A stretch of 63,921 nucleotides of DNA, counting the filler, from Octopus bimaculoides (lineage: Eukaryota), in NCBI RefSeq assembly GCF_001194135.2. It is 9 parts of 7 records of this genome, joined end to end, with 100 filler letters (N's around TTAATTAATTAA, not from the genome) between each part and the next. Parts side by side here need not be neighbours in the genome. Positions count along the whole stretch, not along the records: positions 1 to 9,322 come from NC_068984.1; positions 9,423 to 17,002 come from NC_068984.1; 7 more parts are not named here. One strand, given 5' to 3'. Below, one piece after another: positions 1-12,762 of the stretch. Position 1 is the stretch's first letter. Every line of letters begins with the position of its first letter. The notes below the pieces were generated by a model. It was not told the DNA's origin, made no database searches, and saw nothing but the letters and a program-made list of their open reading frames with translations. A program made the position numbers and the translations under genes.

Positions 1-370
1 GGCCCAGTGGTTAGGGCAGCGGACACGCGGTCATAGGATCGCGGTTTCGATTCCCAGACCGGACGTTGTGAGTGTTTATTGAGCGAAAACACCTAAAGTT
101 CCACGAAGCTCCGGCAGGGGATGCTGGCGAACCCTGCTGTACTCTTTCATCATAACTTTCTCTCACTCTTACTTCCTGTTTCTGTTGTGCCTGTAATTCA
201 AATGGGCCAGCCTTGTCACGCTGAATATCCCCGAGAACTACGTTAAGAGTACATGTGTCTGTGGAGTGCTCAGCCACTTGCACGTTAATTTCACGACCAG
301 GCTATTCCGTTGATCGGATCAACTGGAACCCTCGACGTCGTAAGCGACGGAGTGCCAACAACAACAACAA
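1..370 (+). mobile_element. tRNA-derived SINE with (CAA)n tail (family A)
   Basis: A-box-like CAGTGGTTAGG and B-box-like GGTTTCGATTCCC at the 5' end; body shared with 16855-17002; ends in a CAACAACAACAACAA tail. Confidence 0.8.
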
Positions 371-721
371 TTTGTAGTAATGAGAAAGAATTACTTGCTT
401 ATTGATCAATTCTTGTCATAAAAGAAAGGAGACATCGAAATTTCATCAAATATGCATGGATTTTGAAAATTGTTATTGTTTTGTTTTTCCATTTATTTCC
501 AGGTCAGCCCTGATATAGTGTCCTTGCCGTCACATTCCTGTTTTCTTATTTATTTATTTTATATTTCATTTTATTTTTGTATGTATTTATTTTTGTTCTG
601 TATTATGTTTCTAGGCCATATACGTAGAGCAAGCACTTGGCTGAAACGTTAAGTTTTTAGATGAAATGTTTAGACAGGCAACTATGTGTATGAGAATGCA
701 TACATAAAACAAAATATACAA

Positions 722-935
722 GTCTTTTCTACTCTAGGCACAAGGCCCGAAATTTTGGGGCAGGGGCCAAGTCGATTAGATCGACCCCAGTACGCAACTG
801 GTACTTAATTTATCGACCCGAAAGGATGAAAGGCAAAGTCGACCTCGGCGGAATTTGAACTCAGAACGTAAAGACAGACGAAATACCACTAGGCATTTCA
901 CCCAGCGTGCTAACGTTTCTGCCAGCTCGCCGCCT
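722..935 (-). mobile_element. tRNA-derived SINE with Meta/MESC-like central domain (family B)
   Basis: Minus strand reads GGCGGCGAGCTGGCAGAAACGTTAGCAC...GAGTTCAAATTCCGCCGAGGTCGACTTTGCCTTTCATCCTTTCGGGTCGATAAA; about 10 homologous copies in the window. The domain name is from recall of the GCCTTTCATCCTTTCGGGGTCGATAAA motif. Confidence 0.85.
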
Positions 936-1731
936 TACTGACTCCAAATATTGCACACATACACGCATACATGCTAAAATGTCCTGTTCTAAGAAAGCTT
1001 GGATCTGGGTTAGAAACCGGCTCTTTCTCTAGTGGCAAGAAGCCTTGAAATAAAATTGAATAATGATATACGTTCATATACACACACTCACAATCGAATA
1101 CATGCATTCTTACATTGATACATACGTACATAGAAACATATAGACAATGCTAATTTTCGTCAAACATATCCAATAAAAACATTGAATTAAGAGAAACGTA
1201 ATATATCAAGAAGTTGGTGTTAAGTTTCCTTCAAGTGTAATATTAAATTGGATGGGTGACAATTTTATGTCTGTGAATATGATAAGAGAGGATATTTGCC
1301 CATTTCCGATTAGTTAAACCGCCGTATGGATCCGTCACTATTCAAAACGAAATGATTTATGTGTCTATTGTAGCAGCGATTTTAAGGAAATTATAAAAAA
1401 TCATGTTTCCCTCTTGATATATTTTTGGTAAACAGCAGTAAAAGAAGGAAAACAAAACTATCGTTCGTTTGATTAAACAAGACGCTAACATATTTATTGC
1501 AATAACAAAATAGGAGAGCATAAAAATCGATGTCATATATCTTGATAAATAAATTTCGTACGAACATTTGTCAGAAAGTTAGTTTTACTTTCGTTTACTA
1601 GTGAGACAGAACCAACAGTTTTTTGTTTGTTTGTTTGTTTGTTTGTTTGTTTGTTTTCTCTTTGTGATACAGGTAATATGTATTGTCGATTCATTCAACG
1701 TCACTATTACTATAATCCGTGTACTTTACAT

Positions 1732-1793
1732 CTATTGTCTCCCGGACGGCGGAAATTGCCAAATCGAACTATTAACCTCAAATGAATTATAGC
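1732..1793 (-). CDS. Putative terminal coding exon (GYNSFEVNSSIWQFPPSGRQ*)
   Basis: Acceptor TTTTTTTTTCATAAACTCTAG; locally GC-richer; phase-compatible with 2715-2790. No homology recognised. Confidence 0.3.
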
Positions 1794-1824
1794 CTAGAGT
1801 TTATGAAAAAAAAATGATTATTGC

Positions 1825-1882
<58 letters not shown>
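1825..1882. repeat. (TAG)n microsatellite
   Basis: Perfect trinucleotide run. Confidence 0.95.
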
Positions 1883-2714
1883 TGCTGTTGTTTTTACTGT
1901 TCTTTAGCCCCAGGTTAGCACTGACTGGGCAGACCCACGATTAAAGGCTTTCCTATGTGCACGGAACCTAGGACTATGTATCCAACGTCTCATTGTCTAT
2001 AGAAGGCAGTTATATCTATGTATTCTTTGATGTACCAAAGAAGACAATATGATTACAGATAGCTTGGTTTTAACAACAGATTCTACAAAGAATATTGCGA
2101 CAATACGAACCAATGAAGGAGCCTCTATCAGATGAGAGGAATTATGGGGAAAGTGTTTACTGTAGGGCCTAGGGTTAAATACAATATGGGTGATAAAGGG
2201 ATAAGACACAAGTGAGTCGGAAGTGTATAACTGGAAAATGCTTGAAGACTTGACAGCTCCAAGGAGCTGAGATTTCCTTCATGTATTAGCCAATATGTAG
2301 AATGTTGTAATGCTTAAACTTCAGTTTATATTCTTCAAATTACTCCGCTAAAATAAAAATTAGAAAAGGTATCTGCCTTCAACTATCAAAGAAAGTTTTC
2401 TTATGTACTGTATTTTCTGATGTCAAGGAATCTATTTTTCCTGAAGTATATCGGGAAAATTAACCATGCGTCCTATTTCACGAATATTACATTTTTCGTA
2501 AATCAATTTTAACCCCAAGAGGAGAGTTATTTATAGGGAATTTAACGTATTACTGTATTGTAAAAGTTTTTTAAAAATGCAGTTTATAAGTCATTAACGG
2601 TATATATCTACTGCTAAAACTCCAAGAAATTATATTTGTAAAATATGTAAAAGTGCTAAGACCTTGTTTTCGTGTTTATCTTTGGTTCAAAATTTTCAAG
2701 TTAAAATCTCTTAC

Positions 2715-2790
2715 CATCGGGGCGCTCCGACCTCGACGCCGACAAATACGGTCGGCTGTTTCGTTCTTGGTCAGCACTGTTCCTGCATGC
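2715..2790 (-). CDS. Putative 76-nt internal exon (ACRNSADQERNSRPYLSASRSERPD in one of two open frames)
   Basis: GC-rich island in AT-rich DNA bounded exactly by TTTTTGGCTATAG acceptor and ATG|GTAAGA donor. Confidence 0.4.
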
Positions 2791-3913
2791 CTATAGCCAA
2801 AAATGTATTCAATTCATGAACATCTTTACTTTTCTGTTTTGAAACTTTGAATATTTCTTGCTATTATTCTATTTAATGTGTCCTTTTTATAAGACGGTGG
2901 TAGGATGTATGATTTAAAGGAGATTTGGTTTTTATTTCTGGAAGCTGGAAGTGCTGTAGAGAACGCTTTTCGCTTTATTTACTAGATGGACTTGATAAAA
3001 ACTATTCTGTATTCCTATTATTGTTTAGTGCTTTATTTTCTTTCCTTTTTGTTTTCTTTTTTGTGTAAATATGCATGCTGCACCCCTCCCCCATCACACA
3101 CGCACACATATGTATGCATGCATGTATGTACATAAATGCATGCATACATACATACATATATATATGCATGTATATANNNNNNNNNNNNNNNNNNNNNNNN
3201 NNNNNNNNNNNNNNNNNNNNNNNNNNNNNNNNNNNNNNNNNNNNNNNNNNNNNNNNNNNNNNNNNNNNNNNNNNNNTATATACATATATATAGTATTAAA
3301 ACATGATTTTTACGCAATATACTTATAAAGTATTACGATATGAATTAATAAATTCTGTATGAGAATATATGAATATATTTCCAGCATTGGCATTATAACA
3401 ACCCACAAAATTATTTTAGAACAAGATTACAAAATATTCTCTTATAAAGAATTAACATGATTATTATTGAACCATAGTAAATGTTTGGAATCATGATGTG
3501 AAGTGAACTGAATATGTAAAAGGAAAGGGTTTGTTGCAGTTAATATTTAATCGCTTTCTCAAAGCAAACGTTGTTAATTATTTGCGGTTTACACGGTTGG
3601 CTGAGCATACATATTCAATATAAGTACGCTGATTACTCTCCAGAAACATCTACTACTACTAGTGCTGCTGCTGCAGAGCTAATGTTACCGTTGCGAGTCA
3701 GAGAGCTTCTATGTTGTCGCTTAATCTACAACGAATAGACCTCAAATTTCCTTCAAATCACTCCTAACGTTTAAAAATAAAGAACACATTGTATAATGTA
3801 GTCTCGTTCCATTTATTGTTATTTCTTCAGCTCCAGGTCGATTCCGGTTCAGCAGAGATATGTAATACGGATTAACGTCGTTCTAGTCGTGACCATCCCG
3901 ACCATAGTGCATA

Positions 3914-4128
3914 TCTTTTCTACTCTAGGCACAAGGCCCGAAATTTTGGGGGGAGAGGGTCAGTCGATTAGATCGCCTCCAGTACGCAACTGGTACTTAA
4001 TTTATCGACCCCAAAAGGATGAAAGGCAAAGTCGACCTCGGCGAAATTTGAACTCAGAACGTAAAGACAGACGAAATACCACTAAGCATTTCGTCCGGCG
4101 TTCTAGCGTTTCTGCCAGCTCGCCGCCT
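3914..4128 (-). mobile_element. Family B (Meta/MESC-like) SINE
   Basis: Near-identical to 722-935. Confidence 0.85.
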
Positions 4129-4205
4129 TCCATAGTGTTAATCTAAATTTCCTTCATCCACTATGTCACTCCTGTCCAGAAACAGGCTTAGTGGCAAGCG
4201 CTTAC

Positions 4206-4251
4206 CCATGAAGTGATCAAGATTGTCCAGTGATCTAATGACGAAAGAAGA
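4206..4251 (-). CDS. Putative 46-nt exon (LLSSLDHWTILITSW)
   Basis: GAATTTGTTTTACAG acceptor and TGG|GTAAGC donor; phase-compatible with 2715-2790. Confidence 0.25.
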
Positions 4252-4474
4252 CTGTAAAACAAATTCAACATTAAAGAAATTTGAAATCGCAACTTAAAGG
4301 GAGGTAACTAACCATATATAGGGCTTTGTTTGGCGCCTTATCGTTTACGTTAATAACCATCAAAGGCACGAAATTGTGTTTGACCCTCTGGCCGATAACT
4401 CATGAGGATTTGATGAACATCTGTGTCTGTTTCCTGCTTATTTGTGCATTTATTATGTTTTTTTAAACTTTTAT

Positions 4475-4477
4475 ATG

Positions 4478-4541
<64 letters not shown>

Positions 4542-4583
4542 CGTACATGCATGCAGGCATACATACATACATACATACATACA

Positions 4584-4612
<29 letters not shown>
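4475..4612. repeat. Compound (TA)n/(CATA)n microsatellite
   Basis: Direct reading. Confidence 0.95.
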
Positions 4613-4614
<2 letters not shown>

Positions 4615-5255
4615 GCGTTTATGTGTGTGTGTGAAAATAGAACTCAAAAATGAGTATGTTATTAATCAATTTAATTATTTATTGCTTCTGCACTTGCTCC
4701 TGCTAAATATTAATGTACATTACAGGCGTAATATTGCGAAATGGTTAAGAACTTCGCTTCGCAGCCACGCGGTTCCGGCCCTGAATCAATCTCATTAGAT
4801 GACATCTTTGCTAAATGTCATTTTCTACAGCCTCGAATCGGCCAGTATTTTGCGCGTGAATGGACTGGCAGATTCTACCTGTAATTCAAATTATACAGCC
4901 CTCTGATAAAGTGGTGTTAGGGAGTGGTTTTTTTCCATCATTCAACGACGAGTATTCATTTGTTCGAGCAACTGAAATATCTACTCCTGAATTAAACGTA
5001 CAAATGGATGAGTATTGCATAGATACCAATACCATTATGATATTTCTGGAACAAAGTCAGCATGGCACAGTGTTTGTGACAGGGATGCACTTTTTGAATT
5101 ACTGGTCCAGTCCATTAGACGCTCTTCTAAGCAGCTGTTGTCTACCCAAATTCACTCATAAAGTGTGGGTCGACAAAAAGCTATAGAAAAGCTATAGAAA
5201 AGACCAAGAAGCCTCACGTGTTCCGAAGCAAATTTCTTAACCTTTCGAACATACT

Positions 5256-5334
<79 letters not shown>

Positions 5335-5362
5335 TAAATAAATAAATAAATAAATAAATAAG

Positions 5363-5699
5363 TGGCAAAAGGCTATCTTGATCTCCAACTTAACATGGAG
5401 GTCGTGCTAGAACACCGAATACCGCGTTATTTACCTTGAGAAGATCTTTCCTGCAGACTTGTAGTGCATAAAAGCACTCGTAATTGTATCGTTGGCAGAC
5501 AAGTACCGTCTGGACGTCTGTCACTGTGGAAGTTCCGGCGTACGTAGCAGATGGTTCTGATCTGTCATCGATATAATTATGAGTGCGTCTATGCATCACA
5601 AGTCAATATGAGAGATCTTCGCAAGGTAAATAACGCAGTAGTTTGTGTTCTAAACAGAACATCCACGTTTAAGTTGGAGATCAAGATTACCTTTTCGCA
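5363..5699. repeat. Long imperfect inverted repeat (foldback/MITE-like)
   Basis: AAAAGGCTATCTTGATCTCCAACTTAA...GCGTTATTTACCTTGAGAAGATCT is mirrored by AGATCTTCGCAAGGTAAATAACGC...AAGTTGGAGATCAAGATTACCTTTT; arms of about 155 bp. Confidence 0.85.
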
Positions 5700-5731
5700 T
5701 TAATACTGCTTCTTCGTAATTGATTTTATAT

Positions 5732-5848
5732 GGAGTGGCTGTGTGGTAAGTAACTTGGTTACCAGCCACATGGTTTCGGGTTCAGTCTCACAGCGTGGCA
5801 CCTTGGGCAGGTGTCTTCTACTATGGCCACGAGCCGACCAAAGCCTTG
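5732..5848 (+). mobile_element. CORE-type SINE head (family C, OR2-like), 3'-truncated
   Basis: GGAGTGGCTGTGTGGTAAG tRNA head plus GGCACCTTGGGCAGGTGTCTTCTACTAT CORE-like segment. Confidence 0.8.
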
Positions 5849-5854
5849 GATGAG

Positions 5855-6365
5855 AGTACTCCCAAGTTTAGTTCCTGTAACTTGAGTAGCGTTGTTTGTG
5901 CAACATGTGGTTGAGCATTGTCTTGCAAGAGAATTGGCCTGTCCTTATTGACCAATCTCGGTTGTTTAATTGCGAGTTCACTCATCATTTCATCCAACTG
6001 GTTGATGTATACATCCGCTGTAATTGATTTACTAGTTCTCATGAAGGTGTAGTGGATGACACCAGCGCTGGAAAACCAAACACCATTTGCTTTTTTGGTG
6101 AATATTCTTTTTTGGATTGTGTTTTGGCACTTCGTCTCTATCCAACCACCGTGCAGAACGCTTGCTGTTGTTGAAAAGAATCCATTTGTCATCACATGCA
6201 ACAATACGATGCAAAAATGGTTTACTTTTATGTCGTGATAGCAAAGAACAACAAGTTTCTAGACGACGTATCATTTGATGCTCATCCGATTCGTGTGGTA
6301 CCCACTTTTCCTTACCGATTTGTTTCAGATGGTCCACGACGGGACTCATATTCATAAACAACACG
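5855..6365 (-). mobile_element. Mariner (Tc1/mariner) transposase fragment, frameshifted
   Basis: KWVPHE (WVPHEL motif), IVACDDKW (first catalytic D region), LLQDNAQPH (second D) across ORFs 6032-6364 and 5821-6204. Confidence 0.92.
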
Positions 6366-6416
6366 AGATTTTAAATTGATATTAATGAAATTAATATTCA
6401 ATTTTTCACCCTTATT

Positions 6417-7092
<676 letters not shown>

Positions 7093-8011
7093 GTATGCAA
7101 ATTGCGATATTGTGTTTTATTTTTATTGAATAAGGAAAATTTGTCTAAAGAGACAGATTCGTTTTTCTTTCCGTTGTCCATTAATATTATTATTATTATG
7201 CTTTGCTTTTGCTTTGATTTGTACGAGCTGCACCCAAGTCTCAACCAGAAACCTCAATGATTATTATTTTTTCGTTGTTGTTGTTGTTGTTGTTATGTCT
7301 TGTTTAAATAACAGTTTCAATATGTTTCTTGTTATAGACATTGAGAAGGACATGTGTGTGTATGTGTGTATGTGTATGTGAGAGAGAGACAGAGAGAGAT
7401 AGGGTAAGATATAAAAACTAGAGAAAACGTTGATGTTTCAAAAGCTAATTTCATTTTTTTCTTTTTTATTATTGTTAATGTTATCGTTGCTCTTGTTTTT
7501 ATTGTTGTTGATAGTCTTGCTGCTGATAGAAATCAGTTATTATTATATGACTCAGTAAAACGATTTTAAAAAAAAATTATATTGTTTTGGCTAAGAGCTA
7601 TTATTGAAGAAAAAAATTAACTCTTGACATGTAAAAATAATGATAGCATAATGGACTACATTACAGATTATCAGAGGCTTCAGAACAACAATAACAATAA
7701 CAATAAGTAAATAAATAAATATAAATAAATAGATAGATAAACAAATAAATAAATAAAGGCAAATCATAGTGAGTATAATTTAGATGTTTTATAGTAAACA
7801 AAAACGTTGTGTTTTTAATTATTGTTCGTTTGTTTATATATTCATATATTTACTAACGGGTTTCTTGGAGATTCCACGTTTTATAAATGTCCTTGGATTT
7901 ATCTTAAAACATAAATTTAAAAATTGTTATAACATTGTCTCATTATGATAAAGATCTCGATTGTATCCCCGGATTCCTTCCATCCTTTACGTTGTTTACA
8001 TCGTAATACAG

Positions 8012-8118
8012 GCACAACCCCGACGTTCCGAATATTGATGGTTTTCAACCCCCCATAATTCGCACAAATTTACGCGCAGGAACTTCATATTCCCGCGGCC
8101 GCCAGACTAGTTTACTGG
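8012..8118 (+). CDS. Putative exon (HNPDVPNIDGFQPPIIRTNLRAGTSYSRGRQTSFT)
   Basis: GC-rich island; TAATACAG acceptor immediately after an in-frame stop; single open frame; weak donor G|GTACCT. Confidence 0.3.
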
Positions 8119-8255
8119 TACCTTGCACAGATTAGTGCCTTGCACTGATTAGTACTTTGCACAGTGCAGTATTAAAATTGTGTCCTTCATACTAATGCAC
8201 AAGTATCGGTATTTCATCCTATAATTCAAACAAATTTAATATTTGTATAATTTAG

Positions 8256-8303
8256 AGCGTGTTGACCAAGGTGACCACCCTGCATCGGAATATCAATTAT
8301 CTG
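8256..8303 (+). CDS. Putative 48-nt symmetric phase-1 exon (ERVDQGDHPASEYQLS)
   Basis: TTTGTATAATTTAG acceptor and CTG|GTAAGG donor; in phase with 8012-8118 and with an acceptor at 8397 giving DFVP*. Confidence 0.35.
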
Positions 8304-9139
8304 GTAAGGCTTTGGAAACTAAGGTTCAGAAAAATTAATGTACTTGACTACGAAGATGTTTCGTTATGTCAAAGAATCCGGTTATATTGTCTTTCAGATT
8401 TCGTTCCCTAGTTTAAGTTCGTTAAGAAGTGTAACACTAAAACACATATCGTGACAAAGAAAATAATATACTTGGTTGTTTCTATAAATTTAAAGTCTTG
8501 AAGTACGTTTGATTGCTTCTGGAGATTTAACTTTATTTTCGCCTATCCAGCTAGTAGCTATCTCTTTACACCACCACCACAACTTTCTCGATAAAATCGT
8601 CTATGCCCATATCCAAAAATGCATGACTTTATGGTTATGTTAACGAAGGTGGATTGGCAGAATTAGTAAAACGTCGGAGAAAATGCCGCTTGATAATACT
8701 TACATAGTTTTACATTGTTTGCAGCTCTTAAGATGTACTTTACAAGTATTCACTTTATCATGAGGCCGGTAAACAAAATTTTTTTTGAGTTCCGTACATA
8801 AAGAACCGTGACTAGACGCCATAAGATATTCAGTTTGGCGCCCTGAATCATTTTGCTATCTTTTATGCATGCAGAGTATTAAATTATGTTCTGATTGGTC
8901 TCAGAATTAAAAAAAATGTGTCACATATTAAAAAGTTCAATGTCTGTTTCCTTGTTTCAAATATATGACTTTCGAATACAATATTGTACATTTTCCATTC
9001 AAGGAATATGGGGTTGTTGCTGAGATTACAAAACGTCAGACTAAATGCATTCCTAAACAGGAACTGTAGTAAGTTTGTGAATAAAGTAGGAGAAAAAATA
9101 TTCAAAAACTCTGCCCCTATACATATATACGTCCATGCA

Positions 9140-9322
<183 letters not shown>

Positions 9323-10440
9323 NNNNNNNNNNNNNNNNNNNNNNNNNNNNNNNNNNNNNNNNNNNNTTAATTAATTAANNNNNNNNNNNNNNNNNNNNNN
9401 NNNNNNNNNNNNNNNNNNNNNNTATATATATATATATATGGAAAGAAAGAGAAGGGTGAGAGAGAAAATCTGAGAAAGAGACGTAGTCTTCGTGTCTGTA
9501 CCAGTGACAATATCTGCCCGATATTAATAAACAATCGTTGCACAAGTATCTTTCCATTGAGTGAGACGAAACCATCAACATCAGTCAGTGGTATGTGTGT
9601 CTGTCTGTCTGTCTGTTTGTCTGTCTATCTGTTTGACAGTCTCTCTGTATGTATGTATGTATTTAGATATGTATGTACCTATATATATAACACGTCATTA
9701 TATACACTGGCCATCAAATCCGCCATTTACGTTATTTTGATAGTGACTGGCAAGTGAATGTTATGAAATAACGAATTGAACGAATAGAAACATCAACGAT
9801 GGAAGCGAAACATTACAAATATCACAACACCACCACCAGCAACAACAGCAAAAAGACACGCCAAGAAGGAGAAAAAATACGAAAGACTATAAAAAAGAAA
9901 AGATGGCTAGAACACTTTATCATGTTGATAAGCGATACAGTTTAATTTCCTAAGGGAGCTTTGAAGGGAAGAAAGATATAGAAAAAATGATAACTGTGAA
10001 AAGGCTGTCACTAACGCGACAGGGTATTTAACCTTTTAGCATCAAGTGCTGTGCACTCACCGCTACAAACTCTATTTTCTAATGTCTCCACTTTGGAGAT
10101 TTTTTTTTTTTTTTTCATAAATTTAACATTTGTCTGTGGAAATCTTGCTTGAGGTCTTACATTGACCTTATTGGTTTTTATATTCTGTTTTTTAACTGTC
10201 AAATGATGTATGAGAAATCATCGTTAATATAAAGTCCTCCTAAGGAGAAGACCCAACATTTAGACGTCTATGACCATCTATGACACTCATATTTGATTGA
10301 AAACAGTGAGGAAATCGGTACAAATCAAGTTGAAGTTGAACAGGAAGTAGATTTTTACTGTCAAGGCTAGAAGTAATTGATCAGCACATGTTGTGTTCAG
10401 CTAATGGGACAACAGTTTACAATTTATTTTAATTATAGAT

Positions 10441-10854
10441 GCAGGCACGGCTGCGTGGTAAGTAGCTCGCTTTGTAACCACATGGTTTCAGGTTCGGTCC
10501 CACTGCGTGGCACCTTGGCCAAGTGTCTTCAACTATAGCCTCGGGCCGACCAAAGCCTTGTGAGTGGATTTGGTAGACGGAAACTGAAAGAAGCCTGTCG
10601 TATATATGTATATATATATGTGTGTGTATGTGTGTGTATGTTTTTGTATGTGTTTGTCCCCCCCCCCCAACATCGCTTGACAACCGATGGTGGTGTGTTT
10701 ACATCCCCGTAACTTAGCGGTTCAACAAAAGAGGCCGATAGAATAAGTACTAGGCTTACAAAGAATAAGTCCTGGGGTCGATTTTCTCGACTAAAGGCGG
10801 TGCTCCAGCATGGCCGCAGTCAAATGACTGAAATAAGTAAAAGAGTAACAGAGT
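10441..10854 (+). mobile_element. Full-length family C CORE-type SINE with internal (TA/TG)n tract
   Basis: tRNA head, CORE-like CACCTTGGCCAAGTGTCTTC, microsatellite at about 10600-10655, conserved tail CATCGCTTGACAACCGAT...GTCAAATGACTGAAATAAGTAAAAGAGTA. Confidence 0.9.
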
Positions 10855-11639
10855 ATAGAAGCAGGCACGGCTGTGTGATTAAGGAGCACCACGGCCCTAA
10901 ACCAAACAAACCTATATCGCAAGTAAATTCTTAATCTTGGTCATACCTCCTTTTTTTTTTTTTTTTTTGGCAACCACAATCTATCTAGAACCACGAAGTT
11001 GCAATATCCAATGAATTTTTGTGTTTTAGACAAGGTGTGATCTGAGGGAGGTTTAGCTGCTTTCTATCACAGATTCAGCGATCACTTGGAGGATCTCAAA
11101 TTTTATCAATATGATTTATATGTTCCTATCGCTGCATACATACTTGAAATTCCTGGTAGACTCACAAGAAGTCTAAGACTTTTAATTCATCTTGATTCAC
11201 TGGAGATGTTTAATAACAGAAGTGAATTTGTTTATAGCGTGGCAATGGTTTATCTTTAAAAATCCTGATGTTTATATGAATACTGGAAACTGTCTAAAAT
11301 ATCTATAGTTTTTCACGGTCTCCCTTTATCTCATGTGTGTATGTGTGTGTGCGATTAAATGTATGAGTATAGGTGTGTGTGTGTGTGCATATACACGTAC
11401 ACACTCATGCATACACACATATATGTATTGTATATGTGTATTTGTATGTATTCATTCTGTCGGTTGAAGCCATTAGGCTGAAACTCAACGTTTCTGCGTG
11501 TGACGATAACACATTTCATCAGTCGGCTATGATAGAATTAAAAATATTGACAAGAACAAATGTCGCTATAAAATAACGGAGAAATAAACATCTTTTATTT
11601 GCTAAAGCTAGTCTCATGTTAATATGATGCGATTTTAAA

Positions 11640-12045
11640 AGGGGGCGAACTGGCAGAATCGTTAGCACGCCGGGCGAAATGCTTAGCGGTACTTTTGAGT
11701 TCATATTCCGTCGAGGTCGACTTTGCCTTTCATCCTTTCGGAGTCGATTAAATAAGTGCCAGTTACGCACTGGGATCGATGTAATCGACTTAATCCCTTT
11801 GTCTGTCCATGTTTGTCCCATCTATGTGTAGCCCCTTGTGAGCAATAAAGAAATAAGACAGGAAAAATACTCAGCAACATTTCGTCAGTCTTTGAGTTCA
11901 GAGTTCAATTTCCGCCGAGGTCGACTTTACCGTTCATCCTTCCGAGGTTGATAAAAGAAGTACCAGTGGAGTACTTGGGTCGATATAATTGATTTACCCC
12001 CTACCCCGAACTTGCTGGCTTTGTGCAAAAGTTTGAAACCAAAAT
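11640..12045 (+). mobile_element. Two tandem family B SINE copies with different 3' tails
   Basis: GAGGTCGACTTTGCCTTTCATCCTTTC core occurs at about 11713 and (diverged) about 11918; the first ends TGTCCATGTTTGTCCC...AATAAAGAAATAAGA, the second GGCTTTGTGCAAAAGTTTGAAACC. Confidence 0.75.
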
Positions 12046-12384
12046 GATGTGCTTGCATGAAATGGTCATTAAAAATAAAGTATATCTTGTGGATGTTTGA
12101 GGCAGGGAAAATGGCGTTCAGGATTTGGCGGTTAAAGGATAAAATTGACGTCTAAATATACACGAACGCATTTTCAAAGTGCTGTGGGTGAGATTTTTTT
12201 TTTTATCTTTTACACGCAATGAAAGATGGTACCTTTGACACTTTACAGGAACTTCGAAACATGAGAAAGTCTCCTCAAACCGGAGACCTGTTCCGAGTGC
12301 TTGCTACAGGATGGACTCTGCTAAAGGTCTCTAAGGCAACCGGTGTTGGTTTTAAACCTAAAAAAACACAAATTAGAAGATGGC

Positions 12385-12762
12385 TAAGTCGATCACGTCA
12401 ACCCCAGTATTCAGCTGGTATTTCTTTTATCGATCTCCAACGATGAAAGGCAAATTCGACCTCGGCAGGAATTAAACTCAAAACATAAGGACGGACGAAA
12501 TACGCAAAGCGTTTTACCCGGTGTGCTAACAATTCTGCCAGTTCTCCACCTTTTCTATTCCAGGCACGAAGCACGAAATTTTGGGGGAGGGGGCCAGTCG
12601 ATTAAATCGACCCCAGTAAGCAATTGATACTTAATTTATCGACCCCGAAAGATGAAAGGTAAAGTCGACCTCGGCGGAATTTGAACTCAGAACGCAAAGG
12701 CAGACGAATTAACGGTGAGCATTTCGCCCAGCGTGCTAACGTTTCTGCCAGTACGCCGCTTT
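12385..12762 (-). mobile_element. Two tandem family B SINE copies
   Basis: Reverse-complement core TCGACCTCGGC(A/G)GAATT at about 12458 and 12665. Confidence 0.8.

Noticed and set aside
1-75. tRNA-like sequences here and at other SINE heads
   Set aside because: A and B boxes are present, but there is no complete cloverleaf and each continues into a SINE body; these are not tRNA genes.
9323-9422. TTAATTAATTAA between two 44-N runs, repeated at 17047, 36502, 41554, 45455, 49064, 51557 and 62576
   Set aside because: An identical 100-bp gap placeholder with stops in all six frames; a scaffolding artefact, not a biological repeat or CRISPR.
10855-10885. About 25-bp direct repeat flanking the SINE at 10441 (TATAGA.GCAGGCACGGCTG.GTG)
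   Set aside because: It is the start of a second, truncated SINE head rather than a true long target-site duplication.
12252-12329. Plus-strand AG/GT-bounded open segment (TSKHEKVSSNRRPVPSACYRMDSAK)
   Set aside because: Weak donor (GTCTCT), located between SINE copies, no homology; not distinguishable from chance.
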